A stretch of DNA of 64,000 nucleotides from Gemmatimonas sp. (GTDB lineage: Bacteria; Gemmatimonadota; Gemmatimonadetes; Gemmatimonadales; Gemmatimonadaceae). The DNA is taken from assembly GCA_031414535.1 (NCBI GenBank), contig JANNVQ010000057.1, forward strand, positions 32,001-96,000. The letters run 5' to 3'. Shown here piece by piece: positions 43,817 to 52,543 of this stretch. Position 1 is the stretch's first letter; each line of letters opens with the position of its first letter. A program made the translations under genes and the position numbers. A model generated the notes under the pieces. The model ran no database searches. It saw only the letters and a program-made list of their open reading frames with translations, and had not been told where the DNA came from.

Positions 43817-44263
43817 CTATTCGTGCTCCCGGTCTGTGTATTTCCGTTGCCTGCACAACTCCGTTGCCTCTTCGACGATGTCGTTGAACGAGACTGCTCC
43901 ATCTGCCCCGGCTCTGGTATCCAGCTCATCCACTCGCTTATAGAGTTCATCGCGCCCAGTGTCATTGAGCCTGCAGCTCATTCGGCGCTCGGCCTGTCGA
44001 ATTGCATCTCGGTATTGCTTGTTCTGCCTTGTGTTAGAGGCGAACTCAAGCACTAACGCACCGGTCACCGCTATGGCACTGGCAACGACGGCCCGAGCGA
44101 CGAGACGCAACAGATGGGCGCACGCGAAGGAGACGGGAGGAACAAGGCAAACCGCGGGAATTGCCAGTGTACCGTAAGGATCCGAGTAGTTGATTGGATC
44201 ACCATCCGCAAACCCATAGGCATTCAGTCCCCCCGCGAGCCCAATCGGGTCAAGCTGCGTGGA
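43817..44263 (-). other. Orphan Rhs toxin tip L1 (hydrophobic segment plus Ntox28-like helical RNase)
   Basis: STQLDPIG...DPYGT, a hydrophobic stretch, then NTRQNKQYRDAIRQAE...FNDIVEEA, reminiscent of Ntox28. A possible weak TTG start lies at 44272. Confidence 0.75.
44168..44263 (-). repeat. Rhs junction repeat, copy 3
   Basis: Reverse complement TCCACGCAGCTTGACCCGATTGGGCTCGCGGGGGGACTGAATGCC..., with a more diverged 3' half. Confidence 0.93.
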
Positions 44264-44395
44264 TGGACCCAACCTTAAACACTTCCATCATGGCTAGCTC
44301 GAATTGCGGCTAATGAAGGGCGACGAGAATAAGTTGGCTCGCTCGGTTAACGGCAAGGTGGCGAAACCACACTCAATCGATGGGCCAATCTCTGA

Positions 44396-44716
44396 CTACA
44401 ACTCACGTCGACGATTCTCTTCATCAAAAAGGTCCGCAATGAGTTGCTCGAGTGGCGGCCGCACACTCTGTGCGTGAGGGCCAATGTGCTCGAACAGCTC
44501 TCCTCCCAGCTCCGCCAAGTACACCCGAAGCGCGTCCGCGCGTTGCGCTTCGCTGACGTGGGCGATGCGCTCTATCGTCTCCGCTGCATGAGTCAAGCCA
44601 GCGTGGAGGTCCGCTAGATGATAGGCGACATCGTCTCCGCGTGGCGATCCCAGTAGTGCGCGAAATCGAAGATGAAGCAGCTCTCGGAGTTGCTTGTTGT
44701 CGGCAGATGAGGGCAT
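44396..44716 (-). CDS. Putative cognate immunity protein of the currently fused Rhs tip
   Basis: ATG 7 nt after the rhs stop with a GAAGGGA RBS. 106-aa helical protein MPSSADNKQ... Confidence 0.75.
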   Translation of the reverse strand: MPSSADNKQLRELLHLRFRALLGSPRGDDVAYHLADLHAGLTHAAETIERIAHVSEAQRADALRVYLAELGGELFEHIGPHAQSVRPPLEQLIADLFDEENRRREL

Positions 44717-44723
44717 TCCCTTC

Positions 44724-47700
44724 TCAAGCTTCCAGTGGAGGAGTGACAGCATCCAGTCGGCTTTGCCAAGCGTCGACTTGCTCCTTGTAGCGCGCATTCG
44801 TGCGGCCCTTCATGCTTTTCAAGTGGTCTCGAGCTTGGTTAATCCATCCTCGAATCTCTCCACGGTGATGATTCGCATCTCTAGCACCGGGATCCTCTCC
44901 AACGGCGCCGAGATGGCCCTCAATGTTCGCTCGCAATTGTTCGATTTTGCCAATTGCCCAGCCTTGTGCACCACTCGCCAAGACAAGCCCGTCCGCGATT
45001 GCCCCTAGACGTGCACCGAAAGCGGCTCCCGCACTAACGCCGGCTGCCCCTCCCGGAATGGCTCCAAATCCAGCGCCAGCGATGAAGCCGCCACCGCCGC
45101 CCGTCATACCTCCCATCAGCGCTCCCGTAATCGCGCCCACGGAGGTCCAGAATCCTGGGCAGTCGCGGGGATCGTTGTCCCGTGGGGGACACAGTCCAAA
45201 CGGGTCCGAGAAGTTGACCGGATCCCCACCAGCGAAGCCGTACGCATTCAGCCCACCCGCGAGCCCGATCGGGTCAAGCTGCGTGAACTGTCCCGTCGTC
45301 GGATTGTAGTAGCGGTTCCGCAAAAAGGTCAGGCCCGACGCGTCACGCCGACCACGCACCAAACTCCCGAACCAGTTGCTAAACAGAACCGGGTCGGCGC
45401 CTACGTCTCTTCGGTACGCGCTGACTGAAGCAGCTAGCCACTCCGTCGGACAGCGCCCCGGCGTGAACGTCGTGCAATTCGTCCCATCTGCCAGATTGCC
45501 AAAAGCAATGTCTCCACGCCAACCGGCCTGAGGCGTCAACGTCGTCCAGCCGGAGTCGGGCCGGAGCTTCGCAAGATGAGCCGGCGCATCGACACCCAGT
45601 CCGTGCGCGTAAAGCACGACGCCAAAGAGCAGTGGATAGGTCGGGTCCGTCCAGCCACTCGTCGTGCCATCCTGCGCCGCGATGCCCTCGCCCTCTAGAA
45701 CGGCAGCCGTCGCGTTCGCTTGTCCGCTGCTGCGGATCTCCGCTAACACTTGATCGCCATCGTAAACAGTTCGCTCGATGTATGCATCGCAGGGGCTCGA
45801 GCAGGTCGGCTCGATCTTTCTCACGCGCACGAGGACGCGCCGTCCAAGCGCGTCGTAGCGGTACTCACTCGACGTTCCGGCGACGCCATTCACGCCTTCA
45901 GCGTCTTCATGCGACATCAGTCGTTCATCGGCGCCGAAGTAGGAACGTGCGTTCCGCAGTACGGTCGATGCATCCGACAGATTGGTGCCGCGCGTGTCAC
46001 GCTCTGCGGTCGAGGTGACGTTCCCGCTGGCATCGTGCTCCAGCGCCAGCGACCAGATGTACCACGAGGGGTGGCACGAATGCACGAGCGAGGTGGCGCA
46101 GTTGCTTCCAGTATCGGCGAGCACGCCGCCGGTGAGACGGAGACCAGAGAACGTGTGGCGACGGGTACGATTGATTCCCGCTACCATATCTACATCGTGT
46201 GTGTAACGAAGCGTGCCGATGCCGTCTACCAAGAAGGCCTCGCTGCTGAGTCCGCTGGCAAGTCCCGTGACGCTCGCCAACGCACCAAGTCCAGCATATT
46301 CCAGCGACACCGGCGTGTCACCAGAACTGACGCGAATGACTCGCCCACCTGCGTCGTAGCGCAGCGTGTCAGCGGCCGGGTGACCACCGCTTCCGACCCG
46401 GCGCAACACCCTGCCCTCGCGGTCGTATGCAAGGTTGAGAACCACGCTCCCTGGCGCCGTCGTGCTCGTCAGCTGCCCTGTAGCATCGTAGGCGTAGGTG
46501 GTCTGCAGCGTCCCACCGCTAGCGCTCGGATGCGTCAGTGTGGCAAGCTCACCGCGAGACGAGTACGCATACTGCTGCAAGCAGGCACCGCTACAGGGAT
46601 CAAGCTGGGTGGGTAGCGTCAGCGAGATGCGGCGCCCGAGGTGATCGTAACCGTACTGCAGTTGATACGAATGCGCGTTCCAGTCGCTCCCGGTCTCACT
46701 GAACGCGCCGGCGTGCCGATCGCCGCCTCCGCAGGCGTTCGGAGCCTCCGTCGCATACTTCCTGATGATCTGCGTTTCGGAGAGCAACGCACCATTTGGC
46801 GCGTAGCTTCGCCGTATCCGCGCCCAATTATTGTCGGCTACTCTTGTCTGCCCAGACGCATCGTACGCGAACAGCGCCGTATCCACGCCTATGCAGCGCG
46901 TAGACGCATCATCTAAGATGGGAAAGGTGTAGGTGCAGAGAGTTCCGTACCAGTGACACAGCGCGTTGCCTTCGCTCGCGGATGGCGTCACGCGTCGCGT
47001 GAGGCGATTCAGCGCATCGTACTGCATCGCGATGACGAATCCACGGGGCTTAGTGGCCTCAATGACGTTTCCGCTGGCATCGTACGTCGAGTAGTTTGCC
47101 CCACCGCCCGGCTCCGACGCCAACGTCGCGCGGCCGAGCGAATCGTACTGCCATGTTGCGACAAGGGTGTCGCTTGCCCCTGCCGTGGCTCCATTGACCG
47201 AGAAGCGCCGGCGGTGCTGCGTAACTCGTCCCATGGCGTCGTACACTTTGCTCACTCGCACCCAGTCGGCGAGGATGATGCGGCCGTTGGCCAGCGTATC
47301 CACCGGTCCCCGCGTTACCTGCGCGCTATCGCGTCCGAGCGTATCGTACCAAATTGAGTCCACAACTCCGTATTGCACAACTAAACTGGAGTCGGTGCCT
47401 CGGGATCCGGTATCGCGAGGCGTGTACAGCCGGACGGGCCTCCCGACATTGTCATTCACCGACAAGGAGACGAAGCCAAGTGGCGATACCGTCTTGCGGA
47501 GATTGCCGCGCTGGTCGTAAATGAAGGTTGTAACGCCGCTGTCAGGCTGAGTAATCGAGAGCGGCAGACGCGCGCCGGATGCCGTGGTCGTATACGCGAA
47601 GGTCACCCGAGTCGTACTGCTGCCACCGCGTTGTTGCCAAGCGAGACTGGAGTCACTGTTGTAACTAGCGACGGCCAAGGTATCGAACTTGGTGATATCC

Positions 47701-49985
47701 GCCGCAGCGCCGGAGCGTGCCCTTATGCGCTCAATGCGGTTCAGCGTGCTGTGCCATTCGTATTCCGTTAGCGCATTACCGCTCGCACTTCCCGACGCGC
47801 CTCCATAGGGAGCCAAAGTGGCTACCGAGTCGACCAAGCCCCGAGAGTCGTAGCTTGCAACGGTACTTAGCCGCGTCGGACTAATGACGCGTTCGGGGAG
47901 CCCAGCCCAAGCTGTTGAATAAGTTATCTGTGTCTCGCGTCCAAGGGCATCGCGGAGACGAACTACGGAGCCGTGGCGGTTTACCCACATCCTGCTCTTA
48001 TCGGCGACATCGCTCCGAGGACCGTCAACCTGTGTAAATGTCGAATCGAGTGCAGTGGGGGTCCACCCCTTGGACTCGCTCGGTTCGATTGCCAGGACGT
48101 TGCCGAGTGGTCTCGTCGCCGTGATGACGCGCCGCGCAGAATCGAAAGCAAAAGTGGTCCGCGCCCCGGCTCGATCGCTGATGGCGTTGATCTCATTTGC
48201 GTATGGTGAGGACGCATACTCAAACCGCGTGGTATCCCGATCGGGATCGATGATGCGCGTCAGCCGCCCGCCTGGACGAAGTAGGATCGTTACGCGATTG
48301 CCGGGAGCCGTTATCGTCACCGAATCGCTGGCATATGCGAAGGCGTACTTCATCGAATCCACGAGCGATAGTGACGTGTCCGCAAGCGGGAGATGCATCG
48401 CCAACAGAGAGTCAGTGGTACCCGCATACACGAAGCGCGTTACGTGCCGGTCAATTGTGCGTGTGGAATCGTGACGTCCGGCCGAGTCGTAGAAGACGCG
48501 CGCATGCTCCGCTGTGTGCCGAATGTACGTACTTCCCGACTGCGTGATGCTGTCCGGGAGCGCGAAGGCGGTCGGGACCTTCCACACGCTTCCCGACTTC
48601 ACGTATCGGCGCACACTTCCATCGCCACCAATCCACAACAGCTCTGTAGAGGATCGAATCCGGAGCCGCTCAAGCCCGGCAAGCCACCATCCCGCGCCGA
48701 AGCGCGAGGCACTGTGGTTCACGATATACAGACGGCCCGTATCCGCACTCGTGTGCGACTGATTGGAGGATGTGAACTGCACGCGATACCGGTACATTCC
48801 GGTAGCCACGGTACAGCCACTAAACGGCACAACCACGCGCCGAACATTTCCTGCTGCTCCCCAGGCCGTGCCCGCTGTGCTGCGACTTCCACAAGTGGCG
48901 GACGTATCCGTACGCACAATGGAAGTCGTGCCGTCGGTCGGTAGACCAATATCAGAGCGAAGACGAATATCCGCTTGCACCAATGGGATAGGCCGTGCAT
49001 GCGCTGAGTTGTAGAGCAGGACCGGAGCTCTCGTGCGACCCATCGTGCGAACACTCACTAACGCGTGTACGATTCGTAAGTCGCCGCATTCGCTCGCGGC
49101 ATGTGGCGTGAGCGCGATAGTGACGCATGCGTTGCGCAGCAGATAGTCGCCTGCGCCAGGCGCATGACCGAAGAGATAGGCGCCAACAGCGGGAGCGGCC
49201 GTAACCGTGATATCCGTCCACGCGGAATCCCTGATGGCGGTCTCCGCTGAGCGAACCGCAAGCAGTCGCAGCAGTCCTGACGCGCCGTTGCTGTCCGACG
49301 CCGTGTAGCTCACAGTCACCGTCGAGCTCGCGCCGGCGGCAAGTGCGCTAATGGTAGAGCTCGGTGTAATTGTGCAGCTCGCGTAGATCGCGCCGGACGG
49401 ACAACCGATCGCTGTCAGCGCGAAGGTAGCGGTATCGTTGCCTGTATTGGTGACCGTAAAGCGCTCACTGCGTGAGGCTGACGGGAGGGCCTCGACGAAG
49501 CCTTGCTCGGATACGACGGCCACCGACCGTCTCGCAGCTGGCGGAAAGTAGGTCTTGATGCTCTGGTAGAAGTAATCGCGAAGGCTGTAGATGTGAGCGT
49601 TTACAATCACCGGTCCTGTGGTCGGAGTCACGCTGACCGTTCCTACCCACTTCACAAACACTTCGTCTGACTGATTCCCGAAGAAGTTGCACTCCGCTGG
49701 ATCGGCATTCTCCATCGTGAAGTCGCCAGTGACGTCCACGTAGCTGGCGGAGGTGGCGTAATTCCAAGTTCGAATCTGGATGGTGGCGAGGTTGATCATG
49801 TTGTCGCCGGCTTCGTAGGCGCAGGCCAGCACCGTCACCGTTACTGAGCCACTCAGGACCACGGACGACAGCGAGGGAGAGACAGTAAGCGTTGGCTCCG
49901 TCTGTGCGCTCGCCTGCGGTGCGAGACTGGCGACGAGCGCAGCCGATGCGGTAACGCGCATCAAGTGTCGGGCAATAGTTCTCAT
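44724..49985 (-). CDS. Full-length Rhs/YD-repeat polymorphic toxin with Sec-type signal peptide
   Basis: 1753 aa. Signal peptide ...LAPQASAQ, Ig-like N-terminal region, many YD repeats (YDAMGR, YDALNRL, YDALGRR) and core end RYYNPTTGQFTQLDPIG...DPFGL, followed by a variable tip. Confidence 0.95.
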   Translation of the reverse strand: MRTIARHLMRVTASAALVASLAPQASAQTEPTLTVSPSLSSVVLSGSVTVTVLACAYEAGDNMINLATIQIRTWNYATSASYVDVTGDFTMENADPAECNFFGNQSDEVFVKWVGTVSVTPTTGPVIVNAHIYSLRDYFYQSIKTYFPPAARRSVAVVSEQGFVEALPSASRSERFTVTNTGNDTATFALTAIGCPSGAIYASCTITPSSTISALAAGASSTVTVSYTASDSNGASGLLRLLAVRSAETAIRDSAWTDITVTAAPAVGAYLFGHAPGAGDYLLRNACVTIALTPHAASECGDLRIVHALVSVRTMGRTRAPVLLYNSAHARPIPLVQADIRLRSDIGLPTDGTTSIVRTDTSATCGSRSTAGTAWGAAGNVRRVVVPFSGCTVATGMYRYRVQFTSSNQSHTSADTGRLYIVNHSASRFGAGWWLAGLERLRIRSSTELLWIGGDGSVRRYVKSGSVWKVPTAFALPDSITQSGSTYIRHTAEHARVFYDSAGRHDSTRTIDRHVTRFVYAGTTDSLLAMHLPLADTSLSLVDSMKYAFAYASDSVTITAPGNRVTILLRPGGRLTRIIDPDRDTTRFEYASSPYANEINAISDRAGARTTFAFDSARRVITATRPLGNVLAIEPSESKGWTPTALDSTFTQVDGPRSDVADKSRMWVNRHGSVVRLRDALGRETQITYSTAWAGLPERVISPTRLSTVASYDSRGLVDSVATLAPYGGASGSASGNALTEYEWHSTLNRIERIRARSGAAADITKFDTLAVASYNSDSSLAWQQRGGSSTTRVTFAYTTTASGARLPLSITQPDSGVTTFIYDQRGNLRKTVSPLGFVSLSVNDNVGRPVRLYTPRDTGSRGTDSSLVVQYGVVDSIWYDTLGRDSAQVTRGPVDTLANGRIILADWVRVSKVYDAMGRVTQHRRRFSVNGATAGASDTLVATWQYDSLGRATLASEPGGGANYSTYDASGNVIEATKPRGFVIAMQYDALNRLTRRVTPSASEGNALCHWYGTLCTYTFPILDDASTRCIGVDTALFAYDASGQTRVADNNWARIRRSYAPNGALLSETQIIRKYATEAPNACGGGDRHAGAFSETGSDWNAHSYQLQYGYDHLGRRISLTLPTQLDPCSGACLQQYAYSSRGELATLTHPSASGGTLQTTYAYDATGQLTSTTAPGSVVLNLAYDREGRVLRRVGSGGHPAADTLRYDAGGRVIRVSSGDTPVSLEYAGLGALASVTGLASGLSSEAFLVDGIGTLRYTHDVDMVAGINRTRRHTFSGLRLTGGVLADTGSNCATSLVHSCHPSWYIWSLALEHDASGNVTSTAERDTRGTNLSDASTVLRNARSYFGADERLMSHEDAEGVNGVAGTSSEYRYDALGRRVLVRVRKIEPTCSSPCDAYIERTVYDGDQVLAEIRSSGQANATAAVLEGEGIAAQDGTTSGWTDPTYPLLFGVVLYAHGLGVDAPAHLAKLRPDSGWTTLTPQAGWRGDIAFGNLADGTNCTTFTPGRCPTEWLAASVSAYRRDVGADPVLFSNWFGSLVRGRRDASGLTFLRNRYYNPTTGQFTQLDPIGLAGGLNAYGFAGGDPVNFSDPFGLCPPRDNDPRDCPGFWTSVGAITGALMGGMTGGGGGFIAGAGFGAIPGGAAGVSAGAAFGARLGAIADGLVLASGAQGWAIGKIEQLRANIEGHLGAVGEDPGARDANHHRGEIRGWINQARDHLKSMKGRTNARYKEQVDAWQSRLDAVTPPLEA
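45192..45287 (-). repeat. Rhs junction repeat, copy 4 (inside the full-length rhs gene)
   Basis: Reverse complement TTCACGCAGCTTGACCCGATCGGGCTCGCGGGTGGGCTGAATGCG...GACCCGTTTGGACTG. Confidence 0.95.
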
Positions 49986-50231
49986 CTTGCGTTGCTCCGC
50001 ATTCGAGTGAGGTCTATGGTGCGCCGTTCGTTTTCAATGCTCGTGCAGGTACAAGCGTTGTCAAGCGCACGTTCATGGCGATGACCCACTCACGTGAGCT
50101 TGGTCACGGCGACAGAAATGCGACAGCAACGGCAGTGCGCGCCGCTGATGGGACGAGACATGTGGAGACAGCATCGACGATGCTTTCCAACGCGTTCGCG
50201 CGATTGTTACTATGATTCTTGCATGAGCCAC

Positions 50232-50327
50232 TCCACGCAGCTTGACCCGATTGGGCTGGAGGGTGGACTGAATGAGTACGGCTTCGCTGAAGGCGATCCA
50301 ATCAACTTTTCGGATCCGTTTGGGCTG
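50232..50327 (+). repeat. Rhs junction repeat, copy 5 (inverted relative to rhs)
   Basis: TCCACGCAGCTTGACCCGATTGGGCTGGAGGGTGGACTGAATGAG...GATCCGTTTGGGCTG. Confidence 0.95.
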
Positions 50328-50717
50328 TGTCCTAAAGCGGCGGGAGGCGACGGGAAGACGGAGGAGTACTCCGACTGTCCTCGTGGAAGTTCCGGATACT
50401 GGGCTCATCAAAGCATGCAGGGAAACGGCGGGTTGCTCACTGAGGTGCGCGGTACCACTGCATCATGCGATGAGAGCACGGCGTGCTTGGCCGTCGCGAT
50501 TGCTGGAGGCGCGTATGTCGGGACGCTCGTTGCCGTCGAAGCCGGGGCATCTAGGCTGGCCGCTACAGCGCTTGCGCTGATGCAGTCGAACAGATACCTC
50601 CGCATCGGCGTCGGACGACATAACGGCAGGCGTGTATTTCGGGCTGCGGGCAAACTCGTGCAGAAGATCAAGAAGGACGGTCACATCGACTTCTGGGACA
50701 TGGGGCCTCTACCATGA
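50232..50717 (+). other. Orphan Rhs toxin tip R1 (hydrophobic segment plus small basic domain, unknown activity)
   Basis: STQLDPIG...DPFGL CPKAAGG...NRYLRIGVGRHNGRRVFR...GHIDFW. An in-frame ATG lies at 50223. Confidence 0.78.
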
Positions 50718-50989
50718 CAACCGAACTTTCGGACTTTCAACGAGACGCGCTCGCCGATATTCGAGACGTCCTGAAGGATGCCGGTCGCTCATCCGAGTCG
50801 GAATCGGTGTTGGGCAACCAGGAGAAGTACGTAGCGATTGCATTCGGCGGCTACAAGGCCCTACTGTACGCGGACGGGGCTGAGTTACTCGGCAACGGGC
50901 TGGATCGCCGATTCGAGAAGTACGATTTCGACTCCCTGGACGACCTTCGCATTCACTTTATTCTCGAGCTGCGCCAGTTAATGACCTAA
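50714..50989 (+). CDS. Putative immunity protein for cassette R1
   Basis: ATGA overlap. 91-aa acidic protein paired with a basic tip. Confidence 0.75.
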   Translation: MTTELSDFQRDALADIRDVLKDAGRSSESESVLGNQEKYVAIAFGGYKALLYADGAELLGNGLDRRFEKYDFDSLDDLRIHFILELRQLMT

Positions 50990-51070
50990 CCCGCCGGGTT
51001 CTGCCTTGGCGCGCCGGCGCCATCGGCATGGGCCCTCGCCGCTCCGCTGTAAGCTCAGCCGTCGCGTCCA

Positions 51071-51166
51071 TCCACGCAGCTTGACCCGATCGGGCTGGCG
51101 GGTGGGTTGAACGCGTATGGCTTTGCGGGTGGGGACCCGATCAACTTCTCGGATCCGTTCGGGCTG
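51071..51166 (+). repeat. Rhs junction repeat, copy 6
   Basis: TCCACGCAGCTTGACCCGATCGGGCTGGCGGGTGGGTTGAACGCG... Confidence 0.95.
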
Positions 51167-51634
51167 TGCCCCCATGACCCAGCTCGGCCATGTCCTGCTT
51201 GGACGGGAGCCAAGGCCGCGGCTGTCGTCTCAAGGTTGGCAGATTGGGCTTCGAACATGGCCGTACTGCCGAGCATCACCGTTACAGCCGGGCCCATACA
51301 GGCTGAGTTCAGCGCGGACGGAGTGGCAGTCACCGGCAGTGCACAGATGGCGCTTGCGCTGACCCTCAACGGGACGGTCGGGCGGGGCGCAGGGGAACTC
51401 GGGACCCTTTCAGTCGGCGGACTGGTCGGGACAGGATTCGTCGGCGGAATGACTGCAAGTTTCGACGCCAAGTCCAAGAATCTTGAAGGAGTGACGTACA
51501 GCATCGGCATTGGCTTTGCCTTGCCTGTCGCGAAATCGATGGAGTTGTCGGATGCCGGCGCGAAGCTTCTTTCCGGCGCCGGTACGGTGGGTGTTGGACT
51601 GGGCGAAGGAAGAATGAAAGCGAAGAAGCAATGA
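51071..51634 (+). other. Orphan Rhs toxin tip R2 (Gly-rich, possibly membrane-active)
   Basis: After DPFGL comes a Gly/Ala/Val-rich amphipathic sequence with no catalytic motif. In-frame TAA seven codons upstream of the repeat. Confidence 0.75.
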
Positions 51635-51918
51635 CCAAGAAATTTCCGTTCAACGACGGCACCGACGACGTGCCTCTGCGGCTCATCGCCACGATTCCAA
51701 TCTGGATGCTGCGCGCAGCGGTGGGCGGCGTAGCTGGTGTCCGGATGTTTGTGCTTGTACTGGCCGTCGATGGGCTGCTGATTTTGGGAACTTGGATAGC
51801 AATCGCGCCATCTGTGCGCTCGAATTCCGAGGTGGGCAATCCCGCCTCAGGAGAGCGGTTCGTACTTTTGCCGCTGGTCTTGGCGGGAGTGTTGACCTTG
51901 TTCGACTTGTTTCCGTGA
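51631..51918 (+). CDS. Putative membrane immunity protein for cassette R2
   Basis: ATGA overlap. 95 aa with 2-3 hydrophobic helices. Confidence 0.68.
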   Translation: MTKKFPFNDGTDDVPLRLIATIPIWMLRAAVGGVAGVRMFVLVLAVDGLLILGTWIAIAPSVRSNSEVGNPASGERFVLLPLVLAGVLTLFDLFP

Positions 51919-51988
51919 CTTTGATGTCTGTCGTCGGTGCACACGCACAGTACCCCAGCGGCACGCCTACTGGCACTCATTAGGATAG

Positions 51989-52084
51989 TTCACGCAGCTT
52001 GACCCGATCGGGCTCGCGGGCGGGCTGAATGCGTACGGATTCGCGGGCGGGGATCCGGTCAATTTCTCGGATCCATTCGGGCTG
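51989..52084 (+). repeat. Rhs junction repeat, copy 7
   Basis: TTCACGCAGCTTGACCCGATCGGGCTCGCGGGCGGGCTGAATGCG... Confidence 0.95.
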
Positions 52085-52543
52085 TGTCCACAAGACGTGA
52101 CGGGAAAGCCATGTCAGAATCCGCTGGGCAATCTGGCGCTGAACGTGAGGCCCGGCATAGGAGGATTCGAGCTGAACTCGCAGCGTACGGCGGGCGTTCA
52201 CGGCGGCATCGACTTACTCGCGCCCAAGGGCAGCGATGTGACGGCCGCTTCTGACGGAGTGTTTGAACGACGAAGCGATCCCAACGGGCTTGGTGATTAC
52301 GCCGTCGTGTGGCACGGAGGGAGCGCAACGGTATACGGCCACCTCTCGGGTTTCGCAGACGGGCTCCGAACGGGCGATCGCGTTCGCGCAGGACAAGTCA
52401 TCGGCAAGACGGGTGACAGCGGGAACGCGAAGGGAACGCCTGACCACCTTCACTTCGAGATTTGGACAGACTTCAAGACGGTTGGTCGAGGTGGGACAGC
52501 CGGCCGACGTGACCCAGAACGTGAACTTCGTAAGGCGCCGTGA
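51989..52543 (+). other. Orphan Rhs toxin tip R3 (M23 family peptidoglycan endopeptidase)
   Basis: HGGID, YGHL, GQVIGKTGDSGNA and HLHFEI M23 motifs. In-frame TAG immediately before the repeat. Confidence 0.88.

Noticed and set aside
50094..50222. N-terminal extension of ORF 50094-50717
   Set aside because: It has no recognisable features and lies in the presumed rhs promoter region.
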